IMG/VR virus record: IMGVR_UViG_3300032225_001437
Location: 1 to 64,000 of that record
Reading direction: 5' to 3' (one strand)
DNA: 64,000 bases
Origin: a virus
Lineage: Duplodnaviria; Caudoviricetes
Shown here one piece after another: positions 48,910 to 58,933 of the stretch (position 1 is its first letter; every line of letters begins with the position of its first letter). The notes under the pieces were generated by a model, which was not told where the DNA came from, did not search any database, and was given only the letters and a program-made list of their open reading frames with translations. Made by a program: the position numbers and the translations under genes.

Positions 48910-49610
48910 ACGAATTTGTTGCTCATTAAGTAATTGAGCAGGTATTTAAACCACCAACTGTGCCCGTCTCGTCCATAATGATATGAATCGGGCATGACCG
49001 TATCAATTCCTGCGGCTTGCAGTTGTGCATGGTATGTGCTGACCGGATCATATGGTCCAATATAATTGACACCCCAATCTTTTTGATCCGTAACGGAACT
49101 GAAATCATTGTTGCCGTTAAAGAATATATGTGGAATATTTTGAGACACAAGCTCTTGGTGGAATGCCCAAATATCATCATGTGCTGCCTGTGTTTTTTGG
49201 CGCCAGTCCAGCCCGATTACATAGTTACGATATCGTTCATGTGCTTCTTGCGGCACATGATCGATACCCGAACCGTTGACTTGATATGTAACACCGTTGT
49301 ATAGCCATTCTTCTCGTTCCCAAGTTGACCATTGGATAACAATCAAAATGTCTTGTAGATTATTTTTTTGTTCTGCAAGCCAAGCACGGGTGGTTCTAAG
49401 TATTCGGGCGTTGGAACTGGCACTTTCGGCTTCGCATTGAAATCCAGCATTAAGCGCGAGACTTAACAGTTTACCCCAAGTGACTTGAAGATTTTCTGGA
49501 TGTGGTAAACGTCCTAGGTAATATAGCGCAGGATCATCTTCGGCAAATGCATGAGAGTTTACTGCTTCGGCGCCAGCAGTATGGCTGTCACCATTGACAT
49601 ACAAAATCAT
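48906..49610 (-). CDS. SGNH-like protein
   Basis: NGDSH, ASSN, QWSTWERE, YHYGRDGH. Confidence 0.6.
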   Translation of the reverse strand: MILYVNGDSHTAGAEAVNSHAFAEDDPALYYLGRLPHPENLQVTWGKLLSLALNAGFQCEAESASSNARILRTTRAWLAEQKNNLQDILIVIQWSTWEREEWLYNGVTYQVNGSGIDHVPQEAHERYRNYVIGLDWRQKTQAAHDDIWAFHQELVSQNIPHIFFNGNNDFSSVTDQKDWGVNYIGPYDPVSTYHAQLQAAGIDTVMPDSYHYGRDGHSWWFKYLLNYLMSNKFV

Positions 49611-50257
49611 AGAATAAATTCTTTGGCATAAAGACCAAGTTCGGTGCCCCAAGCTGCTTGAGCATCTGCACCATAATGGAATGGATCTCCGTTGTTGGCT
49701 AGTATGTTGTTTGACTCAAAATATTTGGCCATGCATCCGTTAGGATTGTAAGGCTTGTAAAAGTTTCCATGCCAGTCTTGATGGTCAGTAATGGTATGAA
49801 AATTGTTGTAGGTGGTCCAAAACAAATGTGGAATACCGCGCTCACGCAGTTTTAAATGCACGGCATAAATTCTGTCGTGCCAGAACTGTGTCATCTTGCG
49901 ATAGTATTCGCCAGTTAATGTGGTCTTCCATTGATTGAATCTGGCCTTCATTGGTTCAGGCATACCAAAGTCTGGTCCGCCACACACAGATATATTGTTA
50001 TACAGCCATGGCCATTCTTCTCGTTCAAAACTGGTCCACCCAATGAATAGCATTGTATCAGGTTCCCATCGTGCATCGGCTAAGAAATAGTCTATGTGAT
50101 TTTCAATCCAGTAGTTACTGGCACCGTTTTTGGCCCAACAACTAAATGATTCAGCAAACTGCCGACTAAAGACTACGATCATGTTATCGGTGTCTACGGG
50201 TTGCTCTGACTCAGTGCAGGCAGGATATAGATTACTATCACCAATGGCTAGAATCAT
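49607..50257 (-). CDS. SGNH-like protein, tandem paralogue
   Basis: IGDSN, GASN, GWTSFERE, FHYG. Confidence 0.6.
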   Translation of the reverse strand: MILAIGDSNLYPACTESEQPVDTDNMIVVFSRQFAESFSCWAKNGASNYWIENHIDYFLADARWEPDTMLFIGWTSFEREEWPWLYNNISVCGGPDFGMPEPMKARFNQWKTTLTGEYYRKMTQFWHDRIYAVHLKLRERGIPHLFWTTYNNFHTITDHQDWHGNFYKPYNPNGCMAKYFESNNILANNGDPFHYGADAQAAWGTELGLYAKEFIL

Positions 50258-50643
50258 GACACTTCCGATCTACCTTCGCCGATGTTGCGTGTTTTAACTA
50301 CACGATCACGTTCGGGATCCATGGCTTGGTATTGCTCGTAGGTTTCTAACACAATATTGCGACATACCGCGGTAAACCAACGATCAACAATGTCCGAGTC
50401 GGTATCTTTGGGACTCATTTGATAGCCGGCACGAACAAGATTGGCCACAAATTTATCGTTCCAATCTAATTCAAACGCACCGTTCTGCATATTAGCAGGA
50501 TCAACCTCCATGCTGAGAATAGTCACATAGGGCTCGCCCTTTTCTGTGGCCAATTCTTTGGCAGTTTTTTCTGCCTTCTTGGGTTTAGACTCTGCCTTGA
50601 CTTCTGCTGGCTTTTTCTTTTTAAAGCGATCAAATAATCCCAT
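50254..50643 (-). CDS. Hypothetical protein
   Basis: ORF tiling. Confidence 0.7.
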   Translation of the reverse strand: MGLFDRFKKKKPAEVKAESKPKKAEKTAKELATEKGEPYVTILSMEVDPANMQNGAFELDWNDKFVANLVRAGYQMSPKDTDSDIVDRWFTAVCRNIVLETYEQYQAMDPERDRVVKTRNIGEGRSEVS

Positions 50644-50651
50644 ACTATCCT

Positions 50652-51890
50652 TTAGATTCTTGTATTACCGTAGTGTAGCACAGCAATACCCGGCATGTCA
50701 AATGGCAACTTACGCCATGGATCAACGATGACACTACCCGGTTGAATTTCACAATATGGTTGTGTATCGGGCGTGTTACCGGTATATTCGTAAGTGATCT
50801 TGCGATTGTGTGCCCATAAAAATACTGCAGGTCCATCAATGGTATCTAAACAGCCAGTACGATCATCAGCTAAGGGGTCGACATATACTACAGGCAACCC
50901 GGCTTCTCGGATATAGAATCCCACCAAGGTGCTGTAACTACCAATACAATATTCAACATCGGGCTTGTAGGCTTTGCCGTGAATCACAATTGGTAAACTG
51001 AGTCGTTGTGCCTGATCAACTAAGAACAGGGCCAAGTTTTTGGCCTGTATTTCTCTGGCATGCATTACAGTATCAAACAGGTCGTAGCCGATGTTGTATT
51101 CTTCAGCCAACCAACGCAAGGCAATGTTATCTCTAGGATGGCAAGCACCAGCATCGCCCATACCTGCTGTCATGTATTTAGGACCCATAATACGCATGGT
51201 TGACCTTGCTAGAGCATTTGTAACTACATCAACATTGATATGACCGATCTTCATGGCAAAGTCTTGAATCATGTTTACAAGCCCAACCTTGGCACTAATA
51301 AATGTGTTGTAGAAAATTTTAATGGCTTCGCACTCGTCCCATGTGCCAATTTCGTAACGTGGATTGTTTTGCATGATTGTTTCATACAAATCTCGCAGTT
51401 CACCGGCAACTCCGGTTAGGTTACCATCTTCGGTACCTAACATGATCATTTCAGGATTGACCATGTCCCATTTGACCGAACCCATGGCAATCAAATAAGG
51501 ATTGTAAACAAATTGATGTTTAGTATCTAATAGTGGAACAAACTTGTTACGAGTTGTTCCAGGCAACACGGTACTAATTAACACTACCTTTTTAGGACTG
51601 GTAGCATACCGGTTTACATTATTGATGGCATCAATGACTGCATCGTGCCCAAAGTCTCGGGGAGTCATATGGCTTGATGGAACTGACCCATCGTAACCTT
51701 CAGCGTGTGGAGTAGGAACAGCAATAAAAATCCACTCGCTTTCGTTGACTACTTCACTGATATCGCATACTTTTACAGTATCGCTAACTCGTGGATAAAT
51801 GTCGTAACCACGAACTTCGTGCTTTTCAGCAAATACTTCTGCACAATCCAAGCCCAGCTTGCCAATGCCAATAAATCCTATTTTTTTCAT
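50652..51890 (-). CDS. UDP-glucose/GDP-mannose dehydrogenase family protein
   Basis: GIGKLG, AVPTP, STVLPG, KIFYN, GACHPRD, AYKP. Confidence 0.9.
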   Translation of the reverse strand: MKKIGFIGIGKLGLDCAEVFAEKHEVRGYDIYPRVSDTVKVCDISEVVNESEWIFIAVPTPHAEGYDGSVPSSHMTPRDFGHDAVIDAINNVNRYATSPKKVVLISTVLPGTTRNKFVPLLDTKHQFVYNPYLIAMGSVKWDMVNPEMIMLGTEDGNLTGVAGELRDLYETIMQNNPRYEIGTWDECEAIKIFYNTFISAKVGLVNMIQDFAMKIGHINVDVVTNALARSTMRIMGPKYMTAGMGDAGACHPRDNIALRWLAEEYNIGYDLFDTVMHAREIQAKNLALFLVDQAQRLSLPIVIHGKAYKPDVEYCIGSYSTLVGFYIREAGLPVVYVDPLADDRTGCLDTIDGPAVFLWAHNRKITYEYTGNTPDTQPYCEIQPGSVIVDPWRKLPFDMPGIAVLHYGNTRI

Positions 51891-51943
51891 GTGAGTCCTT
51901 AAAGATAAATGATATAATAATTTATCCGTGTTTCGAGCGGTGA

Positions 51944-52735
51944 TTAAGATTTCTTAAACACCGGAATAGGATTCATTTTGTGTAGGCTACGGGCACGGAT
52001 TGCTTGGTATTTTTGTAGGCGTTCTAATTCTAGACTATTTTTTACTAAAATTCCGCCTTCGTCTTGTTGCATGGCCAGTTCTAAATCGGCATAGCTCATG
52101 CCACCCAGTTGGTCCTGATCTGTGCGACCGTCATCCCATAGGCCATCTGTGGGAGCTGCATCAATGATATCTTGTAACACTCCTAGTTCACGACCCATTT
52201 GCCACACTTCAGTTTTATAGCAGTCAGCGATGGGACTAATGTCTACACCACCATCACCGTATTTGGTATAAAATCCTACACCAAAGTCTTCCACTTTGTT
52301 GCCGGTACCCACTACCAAACCGCCCATGCTTTGTGCAATTTGATACAAGGTGACCATCCTTAAACGACTACGACTGTTGGCAAAACCCAATAAATTATTG
52401 TAGGTGTTGCTGAGTCGATTTTTAAACTCATCAAACGTGCTGGTAAGATCAATAATTTCGTGACGCACATTGTCAAACTCGTTGCATAACCAAGCACCTT
52501 GACGCATACTGAGATCATGTAGGTCGGGTCGCTGACGAATAGGCATGGTCACTGCAATGGTCTGCAGACCAGTTCTAGCGCATAGTGCGCTGACTACAGC
52601 ACTATCAATACCGCCACTAATACCTACAACCAATCTACGCATACCGGATTGTTCGGCGTAGTCTCGAATCCAGGTAGTAATGCGATCTTGTAACGGTGCA
52701 ACGGACAATCTATCTTCAGTTGTAAATGTTGTCAT
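51944..52735 (-). CDS. nadE: NH3-dependent NAD+ synthetase
   Basis: GISGGIDSA, RSRLRM, GTGNKVE, GFYTKYGDG, APTDGL. Confidence 0.94.
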   Translation of the reverse strand: MTTFTTEDRLSVAPLQDRITTWIRDYAEQSGMRRLVVGISGGIDSAVVSALCARTGLQTIAVTMPIRQRPDLHDLSMRQGAWLCNEFDNVRHEIIDLTSTFDEFKNRLSNTYNNLLGFANSRSRLRMVTLYQIAQSMGGLVVGTGNKVEDFGVGFYTKYGDGGVDISPIADCYKTEVWQMGRELGVLQDIIDAAPTDGLWDDGRTDQDQLGGMSYADLELAMQQDEGGILVKNSLELERLQKYQAIRARSLHKMNPIPVFKKS

Positions 52736-53188
52736 ATTTTTCCTTAAATCCAATGCTGTGCTAGGACCATCAAGCTCAACCAAGCCCACATGGTATTAAA
52801 GCCAACCAGTGTAGGCAAGGCTTTTTTACGACTAGCCCAAATTAATGTTACGCTAGTCAATAGTGTTAGGTAATACAATTCCCAAATTTGAATACCAAAG
52901 ATCAGTCCTGGGATAATAATAATGGCTTTGGCCAACCATGATACAAACTCTACAGTATTGTAACCAGTCCAATATTCTTTAGTAAACCACATCATATAGC
53001 AGTCACGCATATTTTGCCACCCGCTGTGGCTATAACTGATTACCATTAGGACCAACCATACACCTACTGCTAGTAAAATTTGATTTTGTGTCATTTTAAT
53101 TTCCTTTTGGTTTCTAAATTAAGAATTCGCCACTGGTGATCAGATCGCTAGAACCTGCCAATCTATCTTCAGTTGTAAATGTTGTCAT
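52706..53188. repeat. Perfect 30-bp direct repeat (52706-52735, 53159-53188) encoding MTTFTTEDRL
   Basis: CAATCTATCTTCAGTTGTAAATGTTGTCAT present twice. Confidence 0.92.
52744..53094 (-). CDS. Multi-pass membrane hypothetical protein
   Basis: Four hydrophobic segments, AAGGA SD. Confidence 0.75.
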   Translation of the reverse strand: MTQNQILLAVGVWLVLMVISYSHSGWQNMRDCYMMWFTKEYWTGYNTVEFVSWLAKAIIIIPGLIFGIQIWELYYLTLLTSVTLIWASRKKALPTLVGFNTMWAWLSLMVLAQHWI

Positions 53189-53417
53189 TGTATTTTAATT
53201 TCCATATTAAATGTTCCACAGGTTCATGATATCTAAATATAAAGACAGGATCACCAGGTCCTGTAATCATTCTAGTTCCTTCGTATACAGTGCAAAGCCA
53301 TAGACGCCGACCAGTTATGGCACTGCGCTTGGGCCACCATAAAAATCGTAGTCGCCAATTGGCGTGAGTATGAAATGCCTCTTCTTCCCAACTGATATCC
53401 ATTCCAGGTATTGGCAA
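53169..53417 (-). CDS. Hypothetical protein
   Basis: ORF track; start uncertain. Confidence 0.55.
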   Translation of the reverse strand: MPIPGMDISWEEEAFHTHANWRLRFLWWPKRSAITGRRLWLCTVYEGTRMITGPGDPVFIFRYHEPVEHLIWKLKYNDNIYN

Positions 53418-54275
53418 TCAAGTGCCCCATTCGTTTTTAAACAGCGGCACTTGTAATCGATCACTGTAACGAAGTCCGTGTTTCATTGCTAACAGGGCCA
53501 CATTACGATTATTCATTGCGTATACTGTTTCCACACCACCTACTGGCATTAGATAAACATGTCCTGTAAATCCTGCTGAACGATACGCACCAATAGCACA
53601 TTCTGCATCGGCAAAGTCTTGCTCTGTAGCAATAACAAACTTCAAGTATGCTGTGCCATATTCCTCATACTCATATACTATTTCTGGGAGAATTGCTTCT
53701 TCCCACTTCTCTCCACTGCATGGCAATTTAGCACTTACTGAGAATGTAATCTCACGACAAAATTCTTGATCATGATGTGATTTCCAAGTGTGCAAATACG
53801 AAGCGAATTCTAGAGCAAGTTTCTGAGTACCGTTTGTTTCAAAGGTAATTTCTTTCAACCCGGCCATCTTGGGATGATTCAACAGATCTGGATAAGCACG
53901 TTGCCAGCCCAGCAAAGGCTCGCCGCCTGTGATCACAAGATGTTCATCACGCCATTCACCGTGTGGCAGTATCTCCATAATGCGCTCAACAATAGCATCA
54001 GTAGTTAACATAGGACTTAAATCCTTGAAACTAGGATGCCAGCTAGCATAGCTGTCACAGCCGGTGCTCACCAATGGCAATTCTTCATATTTGTTATATA
54101 AATGTGCCACCTCACTGAGTTCTTCTGCTTCTTTGCTCAACTCACCACGCGGCATGCCAAAACCGGAGCATTTAAAGTTACATCCAAACACACGCAAGAA
54201 TACCGATGGTACACCCATATACCTGCCTTCGCCTTGCACTGAATAGAATAATTCTGCTATTTTTAATTTACTCAT
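53418..54275 (-). CDS. queE: 7-carboxy-7-deazaguanine synthase (radical SAM)
   Basis: ELFYSVQGEG, FLRVFGCNFKC...CDS, ITGGEP, ETNGT. Confidence 0.88.
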   Translation of the reverse strand: MSKLKIAELFYSVQGEGRYMGVPSVFLRVFGCNFKCSGFGMPRGELSKEAEELSEVAHLYNKYEELPLVSTGCDSYASWHPSFKDLSPMLTTDAIVERIMEILPHGEWRDEHLVITGGEPLLGWQRAYPDLLNHPKMAGLKEITFETNGTQKLALEFASYLHTWKSHHDQEFCREITFSVSAKLPCSGEKWEEAILPEIVYEYEEYGTAYLKFVIATEQDFADAECAIGAYRSAGFTGHVYLMPVGGVETVYAMNNRNVALLAMKHGLRYSDRLQVPLFKNEWGT

Positions 54276-54474
54276 CGTTGACCTTTATTGGAATACCTTT
54301 ATACATATATTGCACAGAATTGTCTTTCTGAAATGATTTGTCAAACATGGTGTAGATGGAATCAAATTCTTTTTGAGTCAATTCAAAATACTCAATGGGT
54401 TTTGATTTGGCTTGAACAAAAATAGCATTGTTCATTTCATCTAAAATAGTTCGTTCTCTATAGTGTATTTTCAT
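54268..54474 (-). CDS. Hypothetical protein
   Basis: Coupled ORF. Confidence 0.6.
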   Translation of the reverse strand: MKIHYRERTILDEMNNAIFVQAKSKPIEYFELTQKEFDSIYTMFDKSFQKDNSVQYMYKGIPIKVNDE

Positions 54475-55001
54475 TGCCACCAATCCTCCCAAGGAAACAC
54501 AATCCAACAATCTTCTTCGGCTTTATTTAGATCAATTGCTGAATAACTAATTTTTAATTTACTAGCACTGGCTTCGTTATCTACCAGGGTAGCAATACGA
54601 ACATTGTTGCCCCATACTTCTGCCCAGCGTTCATCGTTAGGTAAACACCCGCTTTGCCAATCTTCTTGGATCCAGTTTAATGTAGCACCGCTATCGTTAA
54701 TGTCGTCTACAATAAGAATACGTTTACGACCATCGCCTGAACACATTGGATCACAGATGTCGTAGCCAAACGCATCTTCGGCCATACCTAGATTACTAAC
54801 GCAGTCGCCACCATCACGTAAACTCACATCCAATGACTTCATAGGAACTTCTAAGTATTGGCTAATAAGGTTAGCCGGAACCAAGCCGCCACGAGTGAGT
54901 CCAACTACATAATCGGGCAGCCATGCATCACGTTGCAGTTGACGCAGGATTTCTTGTGTTTGATTTTCAATGTCTTGCCAGGTATAGTATACTTTTTTCA
55001 T
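54471..55001 (-). CDS. Type I purine phosphoribosyltransferase (Gpt-like)
   Basis: TRGGLVP, LIVDDINDSGAT PRPP motif, WIVFPWE. Confidence 0.9.
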   Translation of the reverse strand: MKKVYYTWQDIENQTQEILRQLQRDAWLPDYVVGLTRGGLVPANLISQYLEVPMKSLDVSLRDGGDCVSNLGMAEDAFGYDICDPMCSGDGRKRILIVDDINDSGATLNWIQEDWQSGCLPNDERWAEVWGNNVRIATLVDNEASASKLKISYSAIDLNKAEEDCWIVFPWEDWWQ

Positions 55002-55007
55002 ATTACT

Positions 55008-55036
55008 ATTTTAACATTTATAGTCGACATTGTCAA
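55008..55036 (-). promoter_or_regulatory. sigma70-type promoter, leaderless start
   Basis: TTGACA-17-TAAAAT, ATG 6 nt downstream. Confidence 0.7.
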
Positions 55037-55800
55037 GGCAAATGAGAGATATCTATAGTTTTTGTTGGCCTAGCTTTTACCGGAACAGCAGGTATACCTA
55101 ACCGATCATTGATGGCCTGCATCAAATGTAACTTTGATGGTGCATGTCTACTGCCATGCCAGTGAACAATTTTGGCATCATTTAGGGTGCAACCGTTCCA
55201 TGTATCAGTAAATCGTTGACGCTCCTCATCACCGGGCAACCATGGTCCTTGATAGGCCATGGTTGGATCAATTACCTGCTCTGTAGTTAATCCTTGTCCC
55301 CACACCATATGATTATATAATTTTTGATCGCCATTCCATTCGGTACAATTGCTTAATTGGCCCAGGGCCGTTTCAAACATAGCACGATCCATTTTGGCTG
55401 GATAGTAACGTATGTCAGCATTTAAAAAATGAGGAAGTTCGTCTAAGGTCTTGGGATCAGTATAGTTGAACATCAAAAAATGTTTGTAACGTCCAAATAC
55501 TTCAACAGGTTTTAGGACCTGCACATCACTGCCGCAGTAATAAATGTTACAAGGTTCTGTGCTCCAAATATCCCATATGGCACGGAACTGTTGACGAAAC
55601 ACATGATTGACATCTGTGGCTGTAGATTCTAGTCGAATCAATTCCCAATCACCTTGTAAATTATGAAAGAAGCTGGCTTCACTTAGCACAGCCATTTTTT
55701 CATAGTATGAATACAAGTCACCTTCGTCGGCTCTATCTCTTCCAGGCCACCATTTGGTGCTGCCAATGCGATGCAGACCTTTGATTAAATAATTTTTCAT
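55033..55800 (-). CDS. Glycosyltransferase-like protein
   Basis: FLNAD, GDQxxxN and IVHWHGS resemble GT8/GT-A proteins. Confidence 0.5.
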   Translation of the reverse strand: MKNYLIKGLHRIGSTKWWPGRDRADEGDLYSYYEKMAVLSEASFFHNLQGDWELIRLESTATDVNHVFRQQFRAIWDIWSTEPCNIYYCGSDVQVLKPVEVFGRYKHFLMFNYTDPKTLDELPHFLNADIRYYPAKMDRAMFETALGQLSNCTEWNGDQKLYNHMVWGQGLTTEQVIDPTMAYQGPWLPGDEERQRFTDTWNGCTLNDAKIVHWHGSRHAPSKLHLMQAINDRLGIPAVPVKARPTKTIDISHLP

Positions 55801-57026
55801 TGAACTTCTACTTCAGGGAAATATCTAAGGAAGCGATCATTGGTATTGGTTCTAGCCGCTTGAATCTTTGATTTGATTTCTTTAAAAAAATTCCAGGCCA
55901 AGGGCACAAATAGTATTTTACTATCAGCATCGAACTTGTTTAAATGATCAACGCTGACAATGGCGCAACCAGTACCGGGTGTAAATTTGTCTTGTTTAAG
56001 TGGATTGTCGTCAATGATAAAATCCAATCGAATATTGCCAAAGTTCAATAAAGTATTGCCCTTGGCCGCTGCCCCGTACCCAACCAAGGTATATCCATCA
56101 GCACGATATTGATCAATGGTTTCGATTAACTGATCCATGTTGGACTTGACTGTAGATTCCCAACGAGCGTAGGTATCTACATTCAGCAGTCCATAGGCGG
56201 CCTCAAGGTCAATGGCATTCTTTACACGATTTTTATTGACAGAGGCCTTGCTTAGAATAAAAATATAACTGTTTCCGTGTATGGGAGTTTTGATTGTATC
56301 AACCAGATTTAACCCAGCACGTTGAGCTAACTTTTGCATTGAGTTAACGTTAAAAAAGTTAACATGCTCGTGATAAATTGTGTCAAACTCATTGTTTAGC
56401 ACCATGTCAGCCTGACTGGTTTGAATAAACAACACAGTATTGTCGGTCATTAGTTCGGCGCAGCATGTTATAAACTCGTAGGGGTCTGGATTATGGGCAC
56501 AGACATTTTGTGCTATAATAATATCGTAGTTGACTTCTTTCAATTTCTCAACAGCTTTAGGGCCAAAGAAATCACAAATCACTGAGTGGCTGGCACTACT
56601 ACGGAGGAAAAGATTTTCAGCAGGATCAATTCCGTATGTGTTGATTGGTTGTAACTGTTGATTTCTTGCTGTTTTAAAATAATTAAGCTGGGTGCCGTCG
56701 TTGCATCCAATGTCTAACACATTGCTAATTCCTGTGCAAGACTCTAAACAAAAATCAGCAAACCATTTACAGTAGTCTTGTATAGTTTGATTGGTGCCAG
56801 TGGCATACAAGTAGTTTTTGTAAATGATCTCAGGATCAACTGTGTGACTTAATTGTAAATGAAAACAATCATGACACAGTCTGACTGCTAGTGGATAACG
56901 TTCTTCTGGTGCGTCAGCTGAGTCTTTATAACTGTTGGCTAGAGGTTGTTGGCCCAGATCCAATGCAGTGTGAATATCGTCTGACCCACAGGCCAGGCAG
57001 TGTGTGTTTTCTACAACATGATTCAT
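55797..57026 (-). CDS. NDP-sugar C-methyltransferase
   Basis: Zn CxxC pairs, LDIGCNDG, IYHEH, YGAAAKG, DDNPLKQ. Confidence 0.9.
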   Translation of the reverse strand: MNHVVENTHCLACGSDDIHTALDLGQQPLANSYKDSADAPEERYPLAVRLCHDCFHLQLSHTVDPEIIYKNYLYATGTNQTIQDYCKWFADFCLESCTGISNVLDIGCNDGTQLNYFKTARNQQLQPINTYGIDPAENLFLRSSASHSVICDFFGPKAVEKLKEVNYDIIIAQNVCAHNPDPYEFITCCAELMTDNTVLFIQTSQADMVLNNEFDTIYHEHVNFFNVNSMQKLAQRAGLNLVDTIKTPIHGNSYIFILSKASVNKNRVKNAIDLEAAYGLLNVDTYARWESTVKSNMDQLIETIDQYRADGYTLVGYGAAAKGNTLLNFGNIRLDFIIDDNPLKQDKFTPGTGCAIVSVDHLNKFDADSKILFVPLAWNFFKEIKSKIQAARTNTNDRFLRYFPEVEVQ

Positions 57027-58063
57027 AATTTTAACCAGCGATCATTCTTTAATGTCCAAGAGACCATTTGTTCAATTCTAGTATCAAAACTATATTTGGG
57101 TTCCCAACCTAGCTTTTTCATATATTCACCGCTGAGAGCGTAACGAAAATCGTGGCCTGGACGTTGTGTATCGTAGCCAACCATTGTGTATTTTAATTCT
57201 TTGCCCAGTATGTCGGCAATCTTTTGTGCTACATCAAAATTACTAACTTCCTGTTGCCCTACAATATTAAATTTAGGACAAGTAGCCCCACCAAAATCAT
57301 CAGCAAGCGGAAAACCTCGGTGTGGCAACGCCATGATAAACATTGTAGCATCGGCTACATCTGCTGCATGAACCCAATGACGTAAGCCACTCCGGGTACC
57401 AGTTTCCTCATCGCAATGAATAGAAACTGGTTCACCTGCTAGAATCTTACGCATAGCAATACCAATAAACTTTTCTGGTAGTTGACGTTCACCAAACACA
57501 TTCATTGTATGTGTGCAGTAGATGGGCATGCCAAATGTATTTTCGTAGGCCACACACAGTTCTTCTGCACCGGCTTTGGTCGCTGAATAAGGACTGCGAC
57601 TGTTGTAGCGATCGTATTCCTTGTATTCTACACCGTCAGGGGCTGAACCAAATACCTCGTCGGTACCAAAGTTAATAAATTTTTCTAAGTTAGGCAGGTA
57701 ACGTCTAGCATAGTCCAACAGGTTACAAGTGCCGACCACATTGTCTTGCACAAACAACATGGGATTTTCGATACTACGAGTAACATGGCTACCTGCGGCC
57801 ATATGGATAATAGTGTCTACTGGACCAATTTGTGCGGCCAGTTGCGGATTGATTTCAGCACGAAGATCATGATAAATTACTCGCAATCGACTCATAGCGT
57901 CAGTTCCAAACTCTTGACTTAGTTCGTGTAAACGATTTAAATTTCCTGAGAAATCTAGTCGATCCATGCTGATAATATTGTATTGTTCGTGCTTGAGAAG
58001 TCGACGAATCATATGGTGACCAATAAAGCCAGCACCCCCGGTTACTAATACTGTCTTTTGCAT
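57023..58063 (-). CDS. dTDP-glucose 4,6-dehydratase-like protein
   Basis: TGGAGFIG, SHV.RSI, TDEVFG, SPYSATK, RPGHDFRY. Confidence 0.92.
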   Translation of the reverse strand: MQKTVLVTGGAGFIGHHMIRRLLKHEQYNIISMDRLDFSGNLNRLHELSQEFGTDAMSRLRVIYHDLRAEINPQLAAQIGPVDTIIHMAAGSHVTRSIENPMLFVQDNVVGTCNLLDYARRYLPNLEKFINFGTDEVFGSAPDGVEYKEYDRYNSRSPYSATKAGAEELCVAYENTFGMPIYCTHTMNVFGERQLPEKFIGIAMRKILAGEPVSIHCDEETGTRSGLRHWVHAADVADATMFIMALPHRGFPLADDFGGATCPKFNIVGQQEVSNFDVAQKIADILGKELKYTMVGYDTQRPGHDFRYALSGEYMKKLGWEPKYSFDTRIEQMVSWTLKNDRWLKL

Positions 58064-58884
58064 TATTGAGTCCTTATTTGAAATTGTCGCATTTGATTAT
58101 TTGGATCATTCTTACGTAGATTTTCCCATGGATCTTGTTGTTGCAACTTAACACGATCCCACCAGTCTGAAGACACGCCTATACTTTTTAAGTGGGTATG
58201 TATTTTTTCAACTTCTGCTATGCGTAAGGCTGATACAGACGGATTATGAAAATCTCTAGGGTTACTAGGATTACCTTCCAGCAACTCGCGTTGTTTAAAA
58301 GTAGCATCTAGATTGTTACCAGTAAGATCAGCACGATCATGTAGGACCTGAATCTCAATTCTTTCCCAAATATCTACTAGGTATGCAATTTGACTCAACC
58401 AGGCATCGGTCATGCTGTGTAAACTCAAATGTCCAATAAGATCCAACCAAGCCCTGGGCACTATAGGAAATATACTGTAAGGATGATCGTTATGTGTATG
58501 CACAGCCAGCAATTTAAACTCGCCGGTGTGTTTGACAATTTCAAGATCCCAGTCTTGGCTCTCCATCAGTGCATCATCATTCCAGAAAAATATCCAGTCT
58601 GCATCTGAGTTTTTACTCAAGGTATTGATGTATTCGTTAAGACGACTGTATCCCAGCGGTTCAAATGTCATGGCAGTGTATGACACTTCCATCTTATCCA
58701 GTTGAGGTTGCAACGATTCTTGAAAATGGGCGATACCTACAGTGTCATCGACGTCCAGTCCCAACAACACTTGTATTGTGTCTAGATCTGCGGCTTTTTC
58801 AAGTAGGCCAACTAGACTATTTGTCAGTGCTGTGGTGCGACCTCGGGTGGGCAATACGATTGCTATTTTGTATTCATGTGGCAT
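58063..58884 (-). CDS. Glycosyltransferase (GT2-like)
   Basis: IVLPTRGR, WNDD (DxD-like). Confidence 0.65.
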   Translation of the reverse strand: MPHEYKIAIVLPTRGRTTALTNSLVGLLEKAADLDTIQVLLGLDVDDTVGIAHFQESLQPQLDKMEVSYTAMTFEPLGYSRLNEYINTLSKNSDADWIFFWNDDALMESQDWDLEIVKHTGEFKLLAVHTHNDHPYSIFPIVPRAWLDLIGHLSLHSMTDAWLSQIAYLVDIWERIEIQVLHDRADLTGNNLDATFKQRELLEGNPSNPRDFHNPSVSALRIAEVEKIHTHLKSIGVSSDWWDRVKLQQQDPWENLRKNDPNNQMRQFQIRTQ

Positions 58885-58933
58885 AGTGCGAATATTTATA
58901 TGCGCCGTTTATTCAGCGATAATTTGTTGTTCA

